Virus record (IMG/VR): IMGVR_UViG_3300042514_001858
Location: 32,001-96,000 of that record
Direction: 5' to 3' (one strand)
Source: a virus
Length of the DNA stretch: 64,000 nucleotides
A program made the translations under genes and the position numbers. Positions 19,343-30,917 of the stretch are shown here, piece after piece. The stretch's first letter is position 1. Each line of letters begins with the position of its first letter. The notes under the pieces are model-generated. The model made no database searches and was not told where the DNA came from. It was given only the letters and a program-made list of their open reading frames with translations.

Positions 19343-21148
19343 ATGAAAGAATCTATTGAATATAATTTACCAAAAAATGCTTACATCAATTTTGATGCGC
19401 TTTCTCTCAAAGATTTCATCATTCAAAAATTGAATGAAAATTCTAATTTCACTGATCAGAATTATGAAGGGAGTAATTTAGCTTCTTTTATTGATATCAT
19501 TGCTTTTAGTTACCATGTTTTACTGTTTTATTTGAACCAGACAGCTTCGGAGAGTATGTTTTCTCAAGCTACGATTTATGAGAATATTAACAAAATTGTA
19601 AATTTGGTTGGGTATAAACCTACTGGTAAACAAACATCTCTAGTTCCTGTGTCATGTGTGGCGAGTAATTCTTTGGGTGTGGGTAATTACACATTAAGAA
19701 AATATGGATATTTCTTGATTGATAAAATCCAATACACAATATTGGAAGATTTTAATTTTGAAAAATCAGTTACTGGTTCACAGGATATTGATAGCATTAA
19801 AAATAATTTAATCCTTTATCAAGGTACAGTTGGGGAATACCCAATATACACTGCAAATGGCGATGAGTTTGAAACTCTTCCGATTGTAGTAGTTAATAGA
19901 GTTGATACCAATGATACAAGATTTATTTCCGATGGAACTGTCAGTGTGTATGTCAAAGAAAAGAGTGATGGTAAATGGTATGAATATCAAGAATTGGATA
20001 ATATTTTCCTCGCTAAAAACGATGATCGTTACTACAGTGTTCGTCTAAACGATTCAGGATTTTATGAAGTCAAATTCGGTAATGGTATTTTCGGTAAAAA
20101 AATTGAATCTGGTGATGAAGTCGCAATTTATTACATCCTGAGTGATAACCTCAATGGTATTATCAGTAAAGGTGCTATCAATGGTAACAAATTGTTCAAT
20201 TTTAACTCCACTAGATTTACTCAAATCTATAATGATACTACAAATTCCAACAGTGAAAATGTAATTGATTCTGTAAACAATTCGTTTCTGTTTTTCACCA
20301 ATACAGACAATTCCACTGCTATATCGGAAGCAGAAAGTGTCGAGCAAATCAAAAACAACGTTCCCAAATATTTAAATTCTCAAATAAAATTGGTAACTGA
20401 GGATGATTATGATACTTTCTTGAACAAAGAGATATCAAATATCATTTCTTCTGTCAAGACTGTCAATAACAAAATTTTTATTGATAGTTACATTGATTAT
20501 TTCTACAAAATCTGTGTTGATCCCAATAAATCAAACAGAGTGATCATAAATCAAGTAAATTTTGCAGATTCTTGCGACTTCAATAATGTAAACGTGTTTT
20601 GCGTTCCTAAATTTAGTCTAAAAGATGATGGCGCATATCCACCTTTTCTATCAAATAGTTTGAAAAATTTAATCATTGAAAAAACAAAAGATAGAAAAAT
20701 TTTAAGTCATGAAGTAGTTCCTCGTGATCCAATTTATGTCGCTTTCGATATTGGATATACCAATGGTGTTGCTAATAAAAGTGTCTTAAATACAAGCAAA
20801 TTGGAAATTGTTCGTAAAAACGACTCTAAAACAAATCCTGAAAATTTGAAAAAGAAAGTTGGCGATATTATCTTATCATTTTTCGATAGTTCAAGAAATG
20901 TTTTAGGTCAAAAGTTAGATATTTCATCGCTGACATCGGACATATTAAGTTTGGAAGGGGTTGCCAATATAAGAACAAGAAATGGTAATGAGATTTTCAA
21001 TGGTATTTCATTTGTATCATGGAATGCTATTTATGAAGACGTTGATGATCTTATTATCAATCAAACGACAACATTACCATTCTTCAAATTCCCTTATTTC
21101 TTCAATCCTCAATCAATATATCAAAAAATTTCAATAGTAAATGAGTAA
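19343..21148 (+). CDS. gp6: Baseplate wedge subunit
   Basis: FDALSLK...FTDQNYEGSNL..IDIIA...ESMF..A...VGYKP; YEVKFGNGIFGK; ESVEQIK..P......VTEDDY. Confidence 0.9.
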   Translation: MKESIEYNLPKNAYINFDALSLKDFIIQKLNENSNFTDQNYEGSNLASFIDIIAFSYHVLLFYLNQTASESMFSQATIYENINKIVNLVGYKPTGKQTSLVPVSCVASNSLGVGNYTLRKYGYFLIDKIQYTILEDFNFEKSVTGSQDIDSIKNNLILYQGTVGEYPIYTANGDEFETLPIVVVNRVDTNDTRFISDGTVSVYVKEKSDGKWYEYQELDNIFLAKNDDRYYSVRLNDSGFYEVKFGNGIFGKKIESGDEVAIYYILSDNLNGIISKGAINGNKLFNFNSTRFTQIYNDTTNSNSENVIDSVNNSFLFFTNTDNSTAISEAESVEQIKNNVPKYLNSQIKLVTEDDYDTFLNKEISNIISSVKTVNNKIFIDSYIDYFYKICVDPNKSNRVIINQVNFADSCDFNNVNVFCVPKFSLKDDGAYPPFLSNSLKNLIIEKTKDRKILSHEVVPRDPIYVAFDIGYTNGVANKSVLNTSKLEIVRKNDSKTNPENLKKKVGDIILSFFDSSRNVLGQKLDISSLTSDILSLEGVANIRTRNGNEIFNGISFVSWNAIYEDVDDLIINQTTTLPFFKFPYFFNPQSIYQKISIVNE

Positions 21149-23222
21149 TTACCAACAATTTGATTTTAAAATCATTGATTATAAAAATGAACAAGTTCTT
21201 AGTGCATATGCTCTAAAAGAAACACCATTAACATTTATACCGAATGTTGAGAATTTATTTTATATTAGAGTATTGTGGGATTTTGGTGATGGAACATATT
21301 CCACATCATTAACGGCTAACAAATATTATGACAAGGCTGGGAAATATGACACCAATCTAACAATTTTCGATTGCTATTCAAACGCTATCATATCAAATAC
21401 GATCAAAACAGTTAATATCAAAGACTATTTGGTAAACACCTTTAAAATAGACTTTGAAGATGCATCGTATTATGACAATATTATATGGAAAAATGGAAAG
21501 ATATCAGGTCCTTTAATTGCTTCGGCAACTTACCCAAGTAATGTCACTCCTTCCACCATATTCTACAGAATAAGCGGAAGTGGTAGTGAGTATTATTTCC
21601 AAGATACTCCAGATAAATTCAGACATTTAAGAAACACATATTCTTTTTTCGAAAAGATATACAATCAGACAAAAAAGCAATATGAATATATCGAGATTGA
21701 TAAAATTGAAATAGATACAGTTCCAGTATATGCTAAGGTATCAAATAATAACATTATACTAACTAATTCTACAGATGTATCAGCGTTTTATGTCGGTTTA
21801 TCAGGTAATAAGCAAGTTTATTTCAAAGACGATAGTGTCAACAAATTGCAAATCGATCTTTTCTTTGATAAAAGAAACAATAACATATGGGATAATAATT
21901 TGAAAGTGTCTCTATCTGCTAATATTATTCAAAACAATGAAGTAGATAATTTTAGTGTCACATCAAATGGTATGGATGGCGAATTTTATGCTGAAAATTC
22001 TTTCAATATAGATTCTCAAAAGTTTTCAAACGTCGATATTCCCTTTGTCATCAAAGTTAAAGATTCGGAACACTTTACAGTTAAGAATTTTAAACCTCTT
22101 TCTGCTTCAAACTTGGTATATACGGTGTTATCTTCAAACGAAGTTATTTCATCTCAATATTATACAATATCAGCTAAAGATTCTTTCAGTGGTGCAATAA
22201 GAAATACCATACGTTTCACTTCGCCAAACAAAATAAATGATGTTAAAATCACGGTATCTGGATCAGTATCATCTGTCCAAGGTAGCGCATACTCTTTGAA
22301 TGGTGAGACATCTGTATTTGATGTTTATCCACAGAATTTCTTAACAATTGAGAAAAAGAATGAGAGTTACGATGCCACTGAAATGTTTAAGGATTTACGA
22401 TTCCAAGAATTTCTTTTGGATGATAGTATGCTGTTTGATGAGTTTATTGGGTCTATATTTGGAACATTGACTTCATCTTATGATACTCTTGGTAAGAAGA
22501 TATACGAAAAAATAACAAATTTTGTTCAAAATATTCAAGATGTTGATAAGAATGAGATATTCCCATTAATTTCACAAATGAAAATGCTGAATACATCGAA
22601 TAATGTGTTTGAAGACAATTCTTTCACTTATCCAGAAAAAATTAAAAGAATTTTGGATCTTTTTTCCATCAGCAACAATAAATTGTTGGGTATTGATAAC
22701 AAATTTAAAGAAAATTTCGATTTGAGAGGATATTCATCTAAGAGTGTATACGGTATCAATCTTGGAGATCAGATAAACACGAATACTTATGTGGTATCTG
22801 CTGGAACTCCTATTGTAGCACTTGAAAAATTTAGTAATAAATACTCTCTATTGAATACTGAGCAGCCTGTTGAATATACTACAAATACCGTCTATACATT
22901 ATCATCCTACAATCAAAATTGGGGATGGCCGTTGGTATTACCTGATACTTTCCAATTTGAAGATGTGGAAAAATATTACTTATTTTTTGAATATGTCGAT
23001 ACTTTCGATAATACTCTGTATGATAACACTATAATCAAAGATAATACGTTATATGACATGTTATCGGGGGAAAACATCATTAGAGATAATGATAATGATC
23101 CGATTTTGGATGAAAACGGTAATTACATTTTCAGTGAATATGTCACACCGTCTTACAAAGACTTCACAATGGGAATTGTATTACGTGATACGCTTTATCA
23201 ATCATTATCTTTGGTTAAATAA
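21141..23222 (+). CDS. Virion/baseplate structural protein with N-terminal PKD domain
   Basis: WDFGDGT...KYYDKAGKYDTNLT; follows gp6. Confidence 0.7.
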   Translation: MSNYQQFDFKIIDYKNEQVLSAYALKETPLTFIPNVENLFYIRVLWDFGDGTYSTSLTANKYYDKAGKYDTNLTIFDCYSNAIISNTIKTVNIKDYLVNTFKIDFEDASYYDNIIWKNGKISGPLIASATYPSNVTPSTIFYRISGSGSEYYFQDTPDKFRHLRNTYSFFEKIYNQTKKQYEYIEIDKIEIDTVPVYAKVSNNNIILTNSTDVSAFYVGLSGNKQVYFKDDSVNKLQIDLFFDKRNNNIWDNNLKVSLSANIIQNNEVDNFSVTSNGMDGEFYAENSFNIDSQKFSNVDIPFVIKVKDSEHFTVKNFKPLSASNLVYTVLSSNEVISSQYYTISAKDSFSGAIRNTIRFTSPNKINDVKITVSGSVSSVQGSAYSLNGETSVFDVYPQNFLTIEKKNESYDATEMFKDLRFQEFLLDDSMLFDEFIGSIFGTLTSSYDTLGKKIYEKITNFVQNIQDVDKNEIFPLISQMKMLNTSNNVFEDNSFTYPEKIKRILDLFSISNNKLLGIDNKFKENFDLRGYSSKSVYGINLGDQINTNTYVVSAGTPIVALEKFSNKYSLLNTEQPVEYTTNTVYTLSSYNQNWGWPLVLPDTFQFEDVEKYYLFFEYVDTFDNTLYDNTIIKDNTLYDMLSGENIIRDNDNDPILDENGNYIFSEYVTPSYKDFTMGIVLRDTLYQSLSLVK

Positions 23223-23227
23223 TAAAA

Positions 23228-25759
23228 ATGGAGAACGTATTAAACATCACACTTCCCAAGTCCATCACAAATCCAAATGTTGATATTATCAATGCTTTGG
23301 ATTCGTCACAACCATTTTCTTTCTTAGAATTTATAAAAATAATAGAAGATTCAGTTGATAACTTGCAAAATGTTTACATTCAATACCTGAAAAAATGGAA
23401 CAGAGTGAAAAGTGTAAAGGAATCGGAAGATTCTTTGACTATTATTGAGAGATATAGAGATTTTATAAAAGAAATAAATTTAAAATATTCCACAACAGAT
23501 GAGCAAAAATTTTTATCGCAATTAGATTTCAATGATCCGTTAGATTTAGAGGTAGCAATACCTTTTTACAGTCGAAAATTAATAGAGATTGCTAATTATT
23601 ACAATAAAAAGAGAGAAGAAGCAAAATATCAAGTCACAAAGAAAAAGTTACTTGGTACCAATAATCTGTTGTCACAAGAGATAAGAAATAATATCATAAA
23701 TTATTTGGAAAATGTTTCTGATGGTGAAATTTATTATGATATTCAACAAATCAAAGACGATATTGATATTGATATTGATGAATTGTATGATTCATACCCT
23801 TTGTATTTCAACCAAACTCCGAATGAGAAGATTTATGACAATAAAGATTTAGATTATGGATTTGATATATTCTTGAAAAATAATTCAGAAATTATTTCAG
23901 ACGTGTTTTCGAATATGTCTAGTTCGGAATTAGGTATCAAAGAAATAAATGACCTTTTAGACAATAAAAGAAGACTAACGGAAAAATACATCGGTAGTGA
24001 TTTTTATTATTTGTCCACTGGTTCAACTGTGAATAATTTTGTATCTGGTTTGGCTATCTTAGCTGATGATCCATCACAAAATTTTTTAAATGTCGATTAT
24101 CCAACTACCGCATCAACAGATAGAAAAATCTTAATTTCAAAAGAAGATATTGGATATTTTCGACCCCATAAAACCTCGATAATCAATATTGATGGGAAAA
24201 CACTTAGCTTTTCTTTCAATACTGAGAATCTAGAGCCAAATACCATTTATTATTTTCCCGATCCATCTATAAGAGGTGATAATGGTGATATTGTCACGTT
24301 TATTAATGATAATGACTATGTTCGTAGAAATTTCACTTCTGGTAAATCGCAAATATTACCATCAAGTAAAAGAAATGACAGCAAATATTACGGATACATA
24401 TCAAAAATCGAACCAAATTTTGATAAATACCTCGATAGATTGCCAAATATCGGTTATTTACAAGATTCTAAACGCGATATTTACAATAATTTATTCGGAT
24501 TGTTTAAAGATGATAATAGCTTCACAAAAACTATTTCTACTTATGAATCTGCCCCGATATATTATCAGATATTGAATGGTCATACTTTTTATGACTATCT
24601 CTATGGTGAAGGCTTCAATTTCAATTATTCAACAGTTGATAATACCACATATGACTATACAAGTAGATCAGGACTAAGCACATTCACCAGTGGTTTTTCT
24701 AGTATCGATCTGTATTATCAAATATTCGGTGGAACTTTCGACAATAATCAATTTTATTATGAAAATGAATATCTTCCAAATTTTCAAACATTGGAAGGTT
24801 TGTTCATAATGGATGGAGACACGCCTTATATCGATGCTGCTTCGTCTGATTTGAGTTCTTTTGAATTGAGTGGTAATTTCTATTACTCAAGACTGATTGA
24901 GGGTGGTATTAACTCTTCTTTACCATTGAGGAGAGCTTTGTTGGATGCTGGGTTTCCAACTATAACAGCAAACATGACTCGAAACGTGTTCCCCAACGAA
25001 TTAAGCACATTTATGATTGATGGTGCTTCGTTTGGTAGCGATTATCCAGATTTTTCTCCGACTCTATCTCAAATATATTACGATAATACTACTTTAAAAT
25101 CGAGCGAATACGTATTATCGTCAGCACCTGTTCAGAATCTTTATAATAGATTTAATTTGAATGGCAAATTGTATGTTAGGAACTCATATACAATGGAGAT
25201 TTTACCTATTGAATCTGAATTGAGTTATCTGACAAGTGTTCTTCCATTGTCAGTGTATACTGAATCGGTAAGTGCTGTCAAGAGATTTGATATTATTTCT
25301 GATATTCTGACAATTGAAACGGAAAACAACTTGATTATCATTAAATTGATTTTTGAAGATGGTGAATTTTCGACTCCAACCAAACAGGTATACACCGTCC
25401 AGCATAATGGGAATATTTCAAATAGATACAGCAAAGACGGCAATATTTATTTCACCACTATTGGAAGCTTGTCGAGTAATAATGTCGATTCCGTCTTTGT
25501 AAGACCTTCGATATTCAAATTCGACACTGAAAAGCATACTTTGTTGGAATATGATGATTATTCCTTATCTCCAATAAAGGTCAATTCACCTTCAATATCC
25601 ACATTTGAATCTCCAACATTGGCTTACAATCCAAAAAATGATAAATTCACCACATCATTCTTGATTAAGAATGCTCTAAATGAATTTGTTATGAGTGAAA
25701 TGGATTTCAAAATGAATCCTTTGGAAATAATAAATATTTCACAATACAATCAAAAATGA
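23228..25759 (+). CDS. Large hypothetical virion structural protein
   Basis: 843-aa ORF in the baseplate cluster; TAAATA-N6-ATG. Confidence 0.65.
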   Translation: MENVLNITLPKSITNPNVDIINALDSSQPFSFLEFIKIIEDSVDNLQNVYIQYLKKWNRVKSVKESEDSLTIIERYRDFIKEINLKYSTTDEQKFLSQLDFNDPLDLEVAIPFYSRKLIEIANYYNKKREEAKYQVTKKKLLGTNNLLSQEIRNNIINYLENVSDGEIYYDIQQIKDDIDIDIDELYDSYPLYFNQTPNEKIYDNKDLDYGFDIFLKNNSEIISDVFSNMSSSELGIKEINDLLDNKRRLTEKYIGSDFYYLSTGSTVNNFVSGLAILADDPSQNFLNVDYPTTASTDRKILISKEDIGYFRPHKTSIINIDGKTLSFSFNTENLEPNTIYYFPDPSIRGDNGDIVTFINDNDYVRRNFTSGKSQILPSSKRNDSKYYGYISKIEPNFDKYLDRLPNIGYLQDSKRDIYNNLFGLFKDDNSFTKTISTYESAPIYYQILNGHTFYDYLYGEGFNFNYSTVDNTTYDYTSRSGLSTFTSGFSSIDLYYQIFGGTFDNNQFYYENEYLPNFQTLEGLFIMDGDTPYIDAASSDLSSFELSGNFYYSRLIEGGINSSLPLRRALLDAGFPTITANMTRNVFPNELSTFMIDGASFGSDYPDFSPTLSQIYYDNTTLKSSEYVLSSAPVQNLYNRFNLNGKLYVRNSYTMEILPIESELSYLTSVLPLSVYTESVSAVKRFDIISDILTIETENNLIIIKLIFEDGEFSTPTKQVYTVQHNGNISNRYSKDGNIYFTTIGSLSSNNVDSVFVRPSIFKFDTEKHTLLEYDDYSLSPIKVNSPSISTFESPTLAYNPKNDKFTTSFLIKNALNEFVMSEMDFKMNPLEIINISQYNQK

Positions 25760-26244
25760 ATACCTCATATTTATCATTATCTTCGATTAACACATCCAAT
25801 ACAACAACATTACCTTTGGTGGTGTTGAATGACATAACAACACTGAATGTTGTTTTGACTGGTGTTTCAGAAAAATTTTTACCTTGTTTTTTAAGAATAA
25901 ATTGGGGTGATAATGTTGAAGATTTTTTTGAAAATGATGTCATGTTGAACATTTTTTCACCGATTAGTAGGTATTCGGAGGTATTGAACAATACTCATAG
26001 TCATGTGTATTACCCAAGTGTTTCTTCAACAAGTCAAAATCTATCGGCAAATTTTTACGTATCCTATTGTAATGGTGATATCTCCACTTTCACCGTTCCC
26101 ATCAGTGTTGTTAATTATAATTATTCACAAAGTATTGAAGATTTGACGTTGATAAACACCATTAGCAAATTCGATAAAAAAATACACCAATTTGTGACCA
26201 AAAATGGTGGGTATTTGATTGAGCTTGAAACACCGTTCAATTAA
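25756..26244 (+). CDS. Hypothetical structural protein (INWGD...HVY, PKD-like)
   Basis: ATGA overlap with the previous gene; beta-rich sequence. Confidence 0.6.
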   Translation: MNTSYLSLSSINTSNTTTLPLVVLNDITTLNVVLTGVSEKFLPCFLRINWGDNVEDFFENDVMLNIFSPISRYSEVLNNTHSHVYYPSVSSTSQNLSANFYVSYCNGDISTFTVPISVVNYNYSQSIEDLTLINTISKFDKKIHQFVTKNGGYLIELETPFN

Positions 26245-26252
26245 ATACTAAT

Positions 26253-28457
26253 GTGGATACCTTTATAAGTAAAATATCATCCTGTAACGCTCGTGAATTT
26301 TCATACAATGATGAGAATTTCACGCTCGATAAATTTGAAAGATACTACGATGGGGGGTATAAATTTAATTTTTATAATGCATTTTCCAACATCAGAGATG
26401 TCAAATATAAAAATTACAGCATTTTCTATTTGACTGATGAGCGTAAGCTGTCTGACATAACTGTTAATGATAAAAATGTTATAAAATTGGAAAAGTCTCT
26501 GACATTTTTAAAATTTGGAGAAATTTATTTAGAATTCAAACCAAAAGATACGAATCAATTGGGATTATCTGGTATTTATACCAATTATGATTATTATGGA
26601 GATTATTCTTTTTTCAATATTACATCAGATTCGACCAATTTTATAATTGATCTGAAAGATTCAAATGTTTGCAACATTTACAAAATTTACAATTATAAAA
26701 AATATTATCTAACGCAAGATTCTAACAACACTGTTAATTTTTACACTAGAAAATTAGGATTGTCTGGTATAGATTTCAATTACATTTACTCTAGCTCTAA
26801 TAACTCGTTATGCCTATTCAGAAATGATGGATCTTGTAAGTTACTAACAAAACAAGGTAATACACTAACTTTGGTTCCGTTTACAAGTGCCAATAAAGTT
26901 TTGGCTCCTCTGAACAATATCAAAATTGATAAAAAAATCTATAATAATATTGACAACAATCAGAATTTTTCATTGGTTGGTTATGATGAGAGTAACACCA
27001 TTCCAGATAATCTGATAGAAAAAGATTTATCTAATAATTATCTATTACATTCTGAAAACGATGATGTTGAGATCGTCACTTTGAAAAACCAATTGACTCA
27101 GGAAGATATTTTCACATCTGGAAACACTTTGATATCTTCAAACAATTCTCCTTTCTATATGAAAGAGATGAGATCGTATACATCGATTTTCAATGATATT
27201 GATAGTGAGAGAGACGAAAGTTTGTCTTTAAATTATGTATTTTACAATAAACCTTATATCATTAAAAGTGGTATAAATACGATTAAAGCTCCAAACGATC
27301 TAAATCCTTTCATAAAAATCAACATAAATGATACAAAATTTGTGGAATCGGGAGCATTTTCGTATACCACACCTCTTTATGCTGATAAAGTTTACAAATT
27401 AGATAATAACAATGGATATACCGATGGACAAAATTACCTATGCACTTGGTTATCTGGTTCGCCTTTAAGTAACAATAAAGTATGGGTAGATAGATATTAC
27501 TATCCTGATCGGATTGAAAAGGCATCTGCATTAGCGACCAATTCAACCTTTAATATTACTTACACTGATTTGGTCGAACAATTGGTGTCTGGAAATGATC
27601 TCATCAAACAAAGTCTGTCAGCTTATCAAGTTTTCGATAAAAAAAGTGATTTCATCATTGAACCAAATGATGTATTTGTATATGAACGGTTGAATTCTTT
27701 ACCTGTTGTGAGTTCTCCAGATGAGATTCCAGTGTGTAAAATTGAAGATATTAATTTTTTCAACGAAATAAATTATTTCGAAAATATAAATACAGATGGT
27801 GTCTTTTCCATATTTTTCACCTTTAGCGGTGATAATACCAATTGGTCATTTTTTAGTAAACGCAATAATATTGATGGTGGGTTGAATATTGATAAAAATA
27901 GTGATAACATTTCCTTTTTGTTAAATTTGTATGATCCTAGTAATGAAAATACTACTAGTTTTGATGCTACTGCAAGCTTTAAAAAATTAAAAATTAACAC
28001 GTTGGTATTTGCCATCGATACTATTAATGGACGAGGATATTTTAATCTGAATGGCACAAGTATCAAAGAGTTCACTTTTGATATATCACAATTTTTTGGT
28101 AAGAAAATACTTTTTGGAGACTTTGTTGATAATAATCATATCCAAAATTTCAAAATATATACCAGATATATTGATTTCGACGAATCTTTAATATTGCCAT
28201 ATACCAATGGGTTGCAAAGTATAGATACTCTGGTTATCACTATTCCATCTGGACAGCGAAATAGCGAAGATGAAATCGAATTGTTACAAAGTGTCTGTAA
28301 TAATCAAACCTTCAAATCAAATCATGTTGATATTTTGATTAAAAATATTAGTCTCCCTGATAATATCAAAAATGAATTGAAAAGGATTGTAACGGAAACA
28401 TGCAAGTCCTTCTCACCTTTAACTTCGGAAGTAAATAACATAGAATTTATTGAATAA
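26253..28457 (+). CDS. Large hypothetical virion structural protein
   Basis: 734-aa ORF, GTG start 5 nt after TAAATA; C-terminal LamG-like beta pattern. Confidence 0.65.
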   Translation: MDTFISKISSCNAREFSYNDENFTLDKFERYYDGGYKFNFYNAFSNIRDVKYKNYSIFYLTDERKLSDITVNDKNVIKLEKSLTFLKFGEIYLEFKPKDTNQLGLSGIYTNYDYYGDYSFFNITSDSTNFIIDLKDSNVCNIYKIYNYKKYYLTQDSNNTVNFYTRKLGLSGIDFNYIYSSSNNSLCLFRNDGSCKLLTKQGNTLTLVPFTSANKVLAPLNNIKIDKKIYNNIDNNQNFSLVGYDESNTIPDNLIEKDLSNNYLLHSENDDVEIVTLKNQLTQEDIFTSGNTLISSNNSPFYMKEMRSYTSIFNDIDSERDESLSLNYVFYNKPYIIKSGINTIKAPNDLNPFIKININDTKFVESGAFSYTTPLYADKVYKLDNNNGYTDGQNYLCTWLSGSPLSNNKVWVDRYYYPDRIEKASALATNSTFNITYTDLVEQLVSGNDLIKQSLSAYQVFDKKSDFIIEPNDVFVYERLNSLPVVSSPDEIPVCKIEDINFFNEINYFENINTDGVFSIFFTFSGDNTNWSFFSKRNNIDGGLNIDKNSDNISFLLNLYDPSNENTTSFDATASFKKLKINTLVFAIDTINGRGYFNLNGTSIKEFTFDISQFFGKKILFGDFVDNNHIQNFKIYTRYIDFDESLILPYTNGLQSIDTLVITIPSGQRNSEDEIELLQSVCNNQTFKSNHVDILIKNISLPDNIKNELKRIVTETCKSFSPLTSEVNNIEFIE

Positions 28458-30232
28458 TGATTACATATTTTAAATATACAAACGGTGAATCCTTTACCTC
28501 AAATGGTATTGATTATTCAGGATTTTTTAATGTTGATAATGGTATAGCTTATACAGGTAAAACCAAAGACCAATTCTCTGAAGAATTGACATCGAAAAAT
28601 AATTTTTCCTCAGAATTTTATCTTAGAAAATTAGAATTTGATAATCAATTTGATTCGATTCAAAACATAACACCATATTTCACTAATGCTTTTGATGTTT
28701 TAAATAAAAATGAATTAGATAAAATTTTCGATAAAATCAACACTAATAATTTGATTGTTTTTAAATCTTTAATTATTAGTAATCCCCAAATTGTGGATTT
28801 CGATGAAAACGATTGCCATTTTTATGGGCTATCATCAACAATTAGAGATGAAAGAAACGATGATTTGATGGTGGGTAAAGATGTAGTCACACATATTGAT
28901 AATTTTAACTATTCTAGTGAATGGGATTTTTTGGAAAAAGTAAAATATGGTGATTTTATCGTAAAATCGGATCAAACATTCAAATATCTCTGCTCCACTG
29001 GTAAAGAATTGATAACAATAAATGGATCATTTGATGATACTTCATTATTGACATATGATATCCAAGAGTTGGAATTTGGTAAGGAAGTTTATGGCATAAA
29101 TTATGATGAATTTGAAAATAAAATCAATATAATTATAAATGATGTCATCAACACTTATGAAGGATTGAATTATATCGAATGTGGAACTTTAATCTTAATT
29201 GATAGTATAAAAATCGGCAATGTTGACACCATTTCTTTAAAATGGAGTGCTAAAGAGAAATTTTCAAAAGCATTTGGTTATTTCAATGACAAATTTTTTA
29301 ACATAAATTCCAATAATGTGAAATTTATGAAATATGGTGACAATATAAGAACAGTAATTGATAAAAATATTCTTTATCTTTGGAATAAAAAATCTTCAAC
29401 ATTACTTGGAACGGTAAATCTACTCGAATATAACATAGAAAATGTTGTGGCAATTGATATCAGAAATGTCGATGATTTTGTTATTATTTTACACGAAAAA
29501 AACGGTATTTATTCGATTTTTACATTTGATCCTTATTCTATCTCCACTACTTTCATTAATTATGAAATAAATGATTTGGATACAGATAATTATGATGTCG
29601 CTTTTTCAACTTACGATTCTAATATCTTCTACATAAGAAGTGTGAAAAATATTGAAACAAGATTTATATCAAATCCCCGTAATACTGCCAATAATTTCAA
29701 GAAATTTAATTTAAAATATCCACCTGATTATCTTTTCAAAAACACTTATCATAAGTTTGGTAATACTCCAACTAAGTGGAATACCAATAGAATGAATGCT
29801 AATAACTTTTATAATTTGTTATTCAGTGAAATCACCAAAGGTAATAAGAATTATACAATATTACACAATTCTGGTAGAATATATGCTCTAAAACAACCTA
29901 TTGAAGATAATAGATATACTGCAATTGATAGTAATATTACGAAAAATTTCAAAAATGTAACATGTGGAGATTATTCGTTCGGTATATTTTTCAATCAAAA
30001 TCTTTTAAACATTCTGAAAGACGTATTGACACTCTTTACCAAAGCGTCAAATTCATTTAATTTTAGAAAAGATGAAGTATTATTAAATAATATTGAATTG
30101 ATCAATTACGACTTTGATAATTTACGAGTTAATGGTAATGAAAGCATCAACACAACGACTATGCAGAGAATTTTCACATTAATAGTCGAAATTCAGCAAA
30201 AATTAATTTCCAATTTAACAACTTCCGAATAA
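28457..30232 (+). CDS. Hypothetical virion structural protein
   Basis: 591-aa ORF; YTNGESFT.NG.DYSGFFNV....AYTG N-terminal motif; TAATG coupling. Confidence 0.65.
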   Translation: MITYFKYTNGESFTSNGIDYSGFFNVDNGIAYTGKTKDQFSEELTSKNNFSSEFYLRKLEFDNQFDSIQNITPYFTNAFDVLNKNELDKIFDKINTNNLIVFKSLIISNPQIVDFDENDCHFYGLSSTIRDERNDDLMVGKDVVTHIDNFNYSSEWDFLEKVKYGDFIVKSDQTFKYLCSTGKELITINGSFDDTSLLTYDIQELEFGKEVYGINYDEFENKINIIINDVINTYEGLNYIECGTLILIDSIKIGNVDTISLKWSAKEKFSKAFGYFNDKFFNINSNNVKFMKYGDNIRTVIDKNILYLWNKKSSTLLGTVNLLEYNIENVVAIDIRNVDDFVIILHEKNGIYSIFTFDPYSISTTFINYEINDLDTDNYDVAFSTYDSNIFYIRSVKNIETRFISNPRNTANNFKKFNLKYPPDYLFKNTYHKFGNTPTKWNTNRMNANNFYNLLFSEITKGNKNYTILHNSGRIYALKQPIEDNRYTAIDSNITKNFKNVTCGDYSFGIFFNQNLLNILKDVLTLFTKASNSFNFRKDEVLLNNIELINYDFDNLRVNGNESINTTTMQRIFTLIVEIQQKLISNLTTSE

Positions 30233-30240
30233 ATAATATT

Positions 30241-30915
30241 ATGCTACCTGATCTTACTGACCAATTCATCGCAGATTCTTATGCAGGAATATTACATACC
30301 TCAAATGTACCTGTTAGTGAAACCAACTTACCACAAATTTATGATGGTTTGGGTAATAAAACATCCATGAAAATTGGTTCTGAAGGTGGTGGTGCTTCTT
30401 TCACTGGAACATTATCAGCAGATGGTTTCGCGATAACAGGATACGCATCTTTGATCGATTACATTTATCCTGTAAATTCAATTTATCTCTCAATTGATAA
30501 TATCAATCCACAATTAAGATTTTTAAATACCACATGGCAAAATGTGGCAGAAGGTAAATTTTTGGCTGGTGTTGGTTTGGGTAATGATGGAGTAAATAAT
30601 AAAAACATTACAAGCGGTAATAATAGTGGTAAATATGAAACCACATTAACCGTAGATCAGTTACCAAGTCATACCCACACTGGTGTTACAGGTACTGTAG
30701 GAAGTGGTGGTGAAGCTATAACAGATGGTGAACCAACTCTACTAGATTCGCTACAATCGTTTAATCATCAAAATAGTGGACATACATCATCTACCGATTC
30801 AAATAAAATATTGAAATTAGATGGTCAAGTATTTTTAAATAATACTGGTAGTGGTAGTCCCATCGATAATACACCACCATCATTCGGTGTCTATGTCTGG
30901 AAAAGAATTTCATAA
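30241..30915 (+). CDS. Baseplate/short fibre protein with gp10 C-terminal / collar-like domain
   Basis: YIYPVNSIYLS...NP....TWQ..AEGKFLAGVG...TLTVDQLPSHTH...PPSFGVYVWKRI. Confidence 0.8.
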   Translation: MLPDLTDQFIADSYAGILHTSNVPVSETNLPQIYDGLGNKTSMKIGSEGGGASFTGTLSADGFAITGYASLIDYIYPVNSIYLSIDNINPQLRFLNTTWQNVAEGKFLAGVGLGNDGVNNKNITSGNNSGKYETTLTVDQLPSHTHTGVTGTVGSGGEAITDGEPTLLDSLQSFNHQNSGHTSSTDSNKILKLDGQVFLNNTGSGSPIDNTPPSFGVYVWKRIS

Positions 30916-30917
30916 TT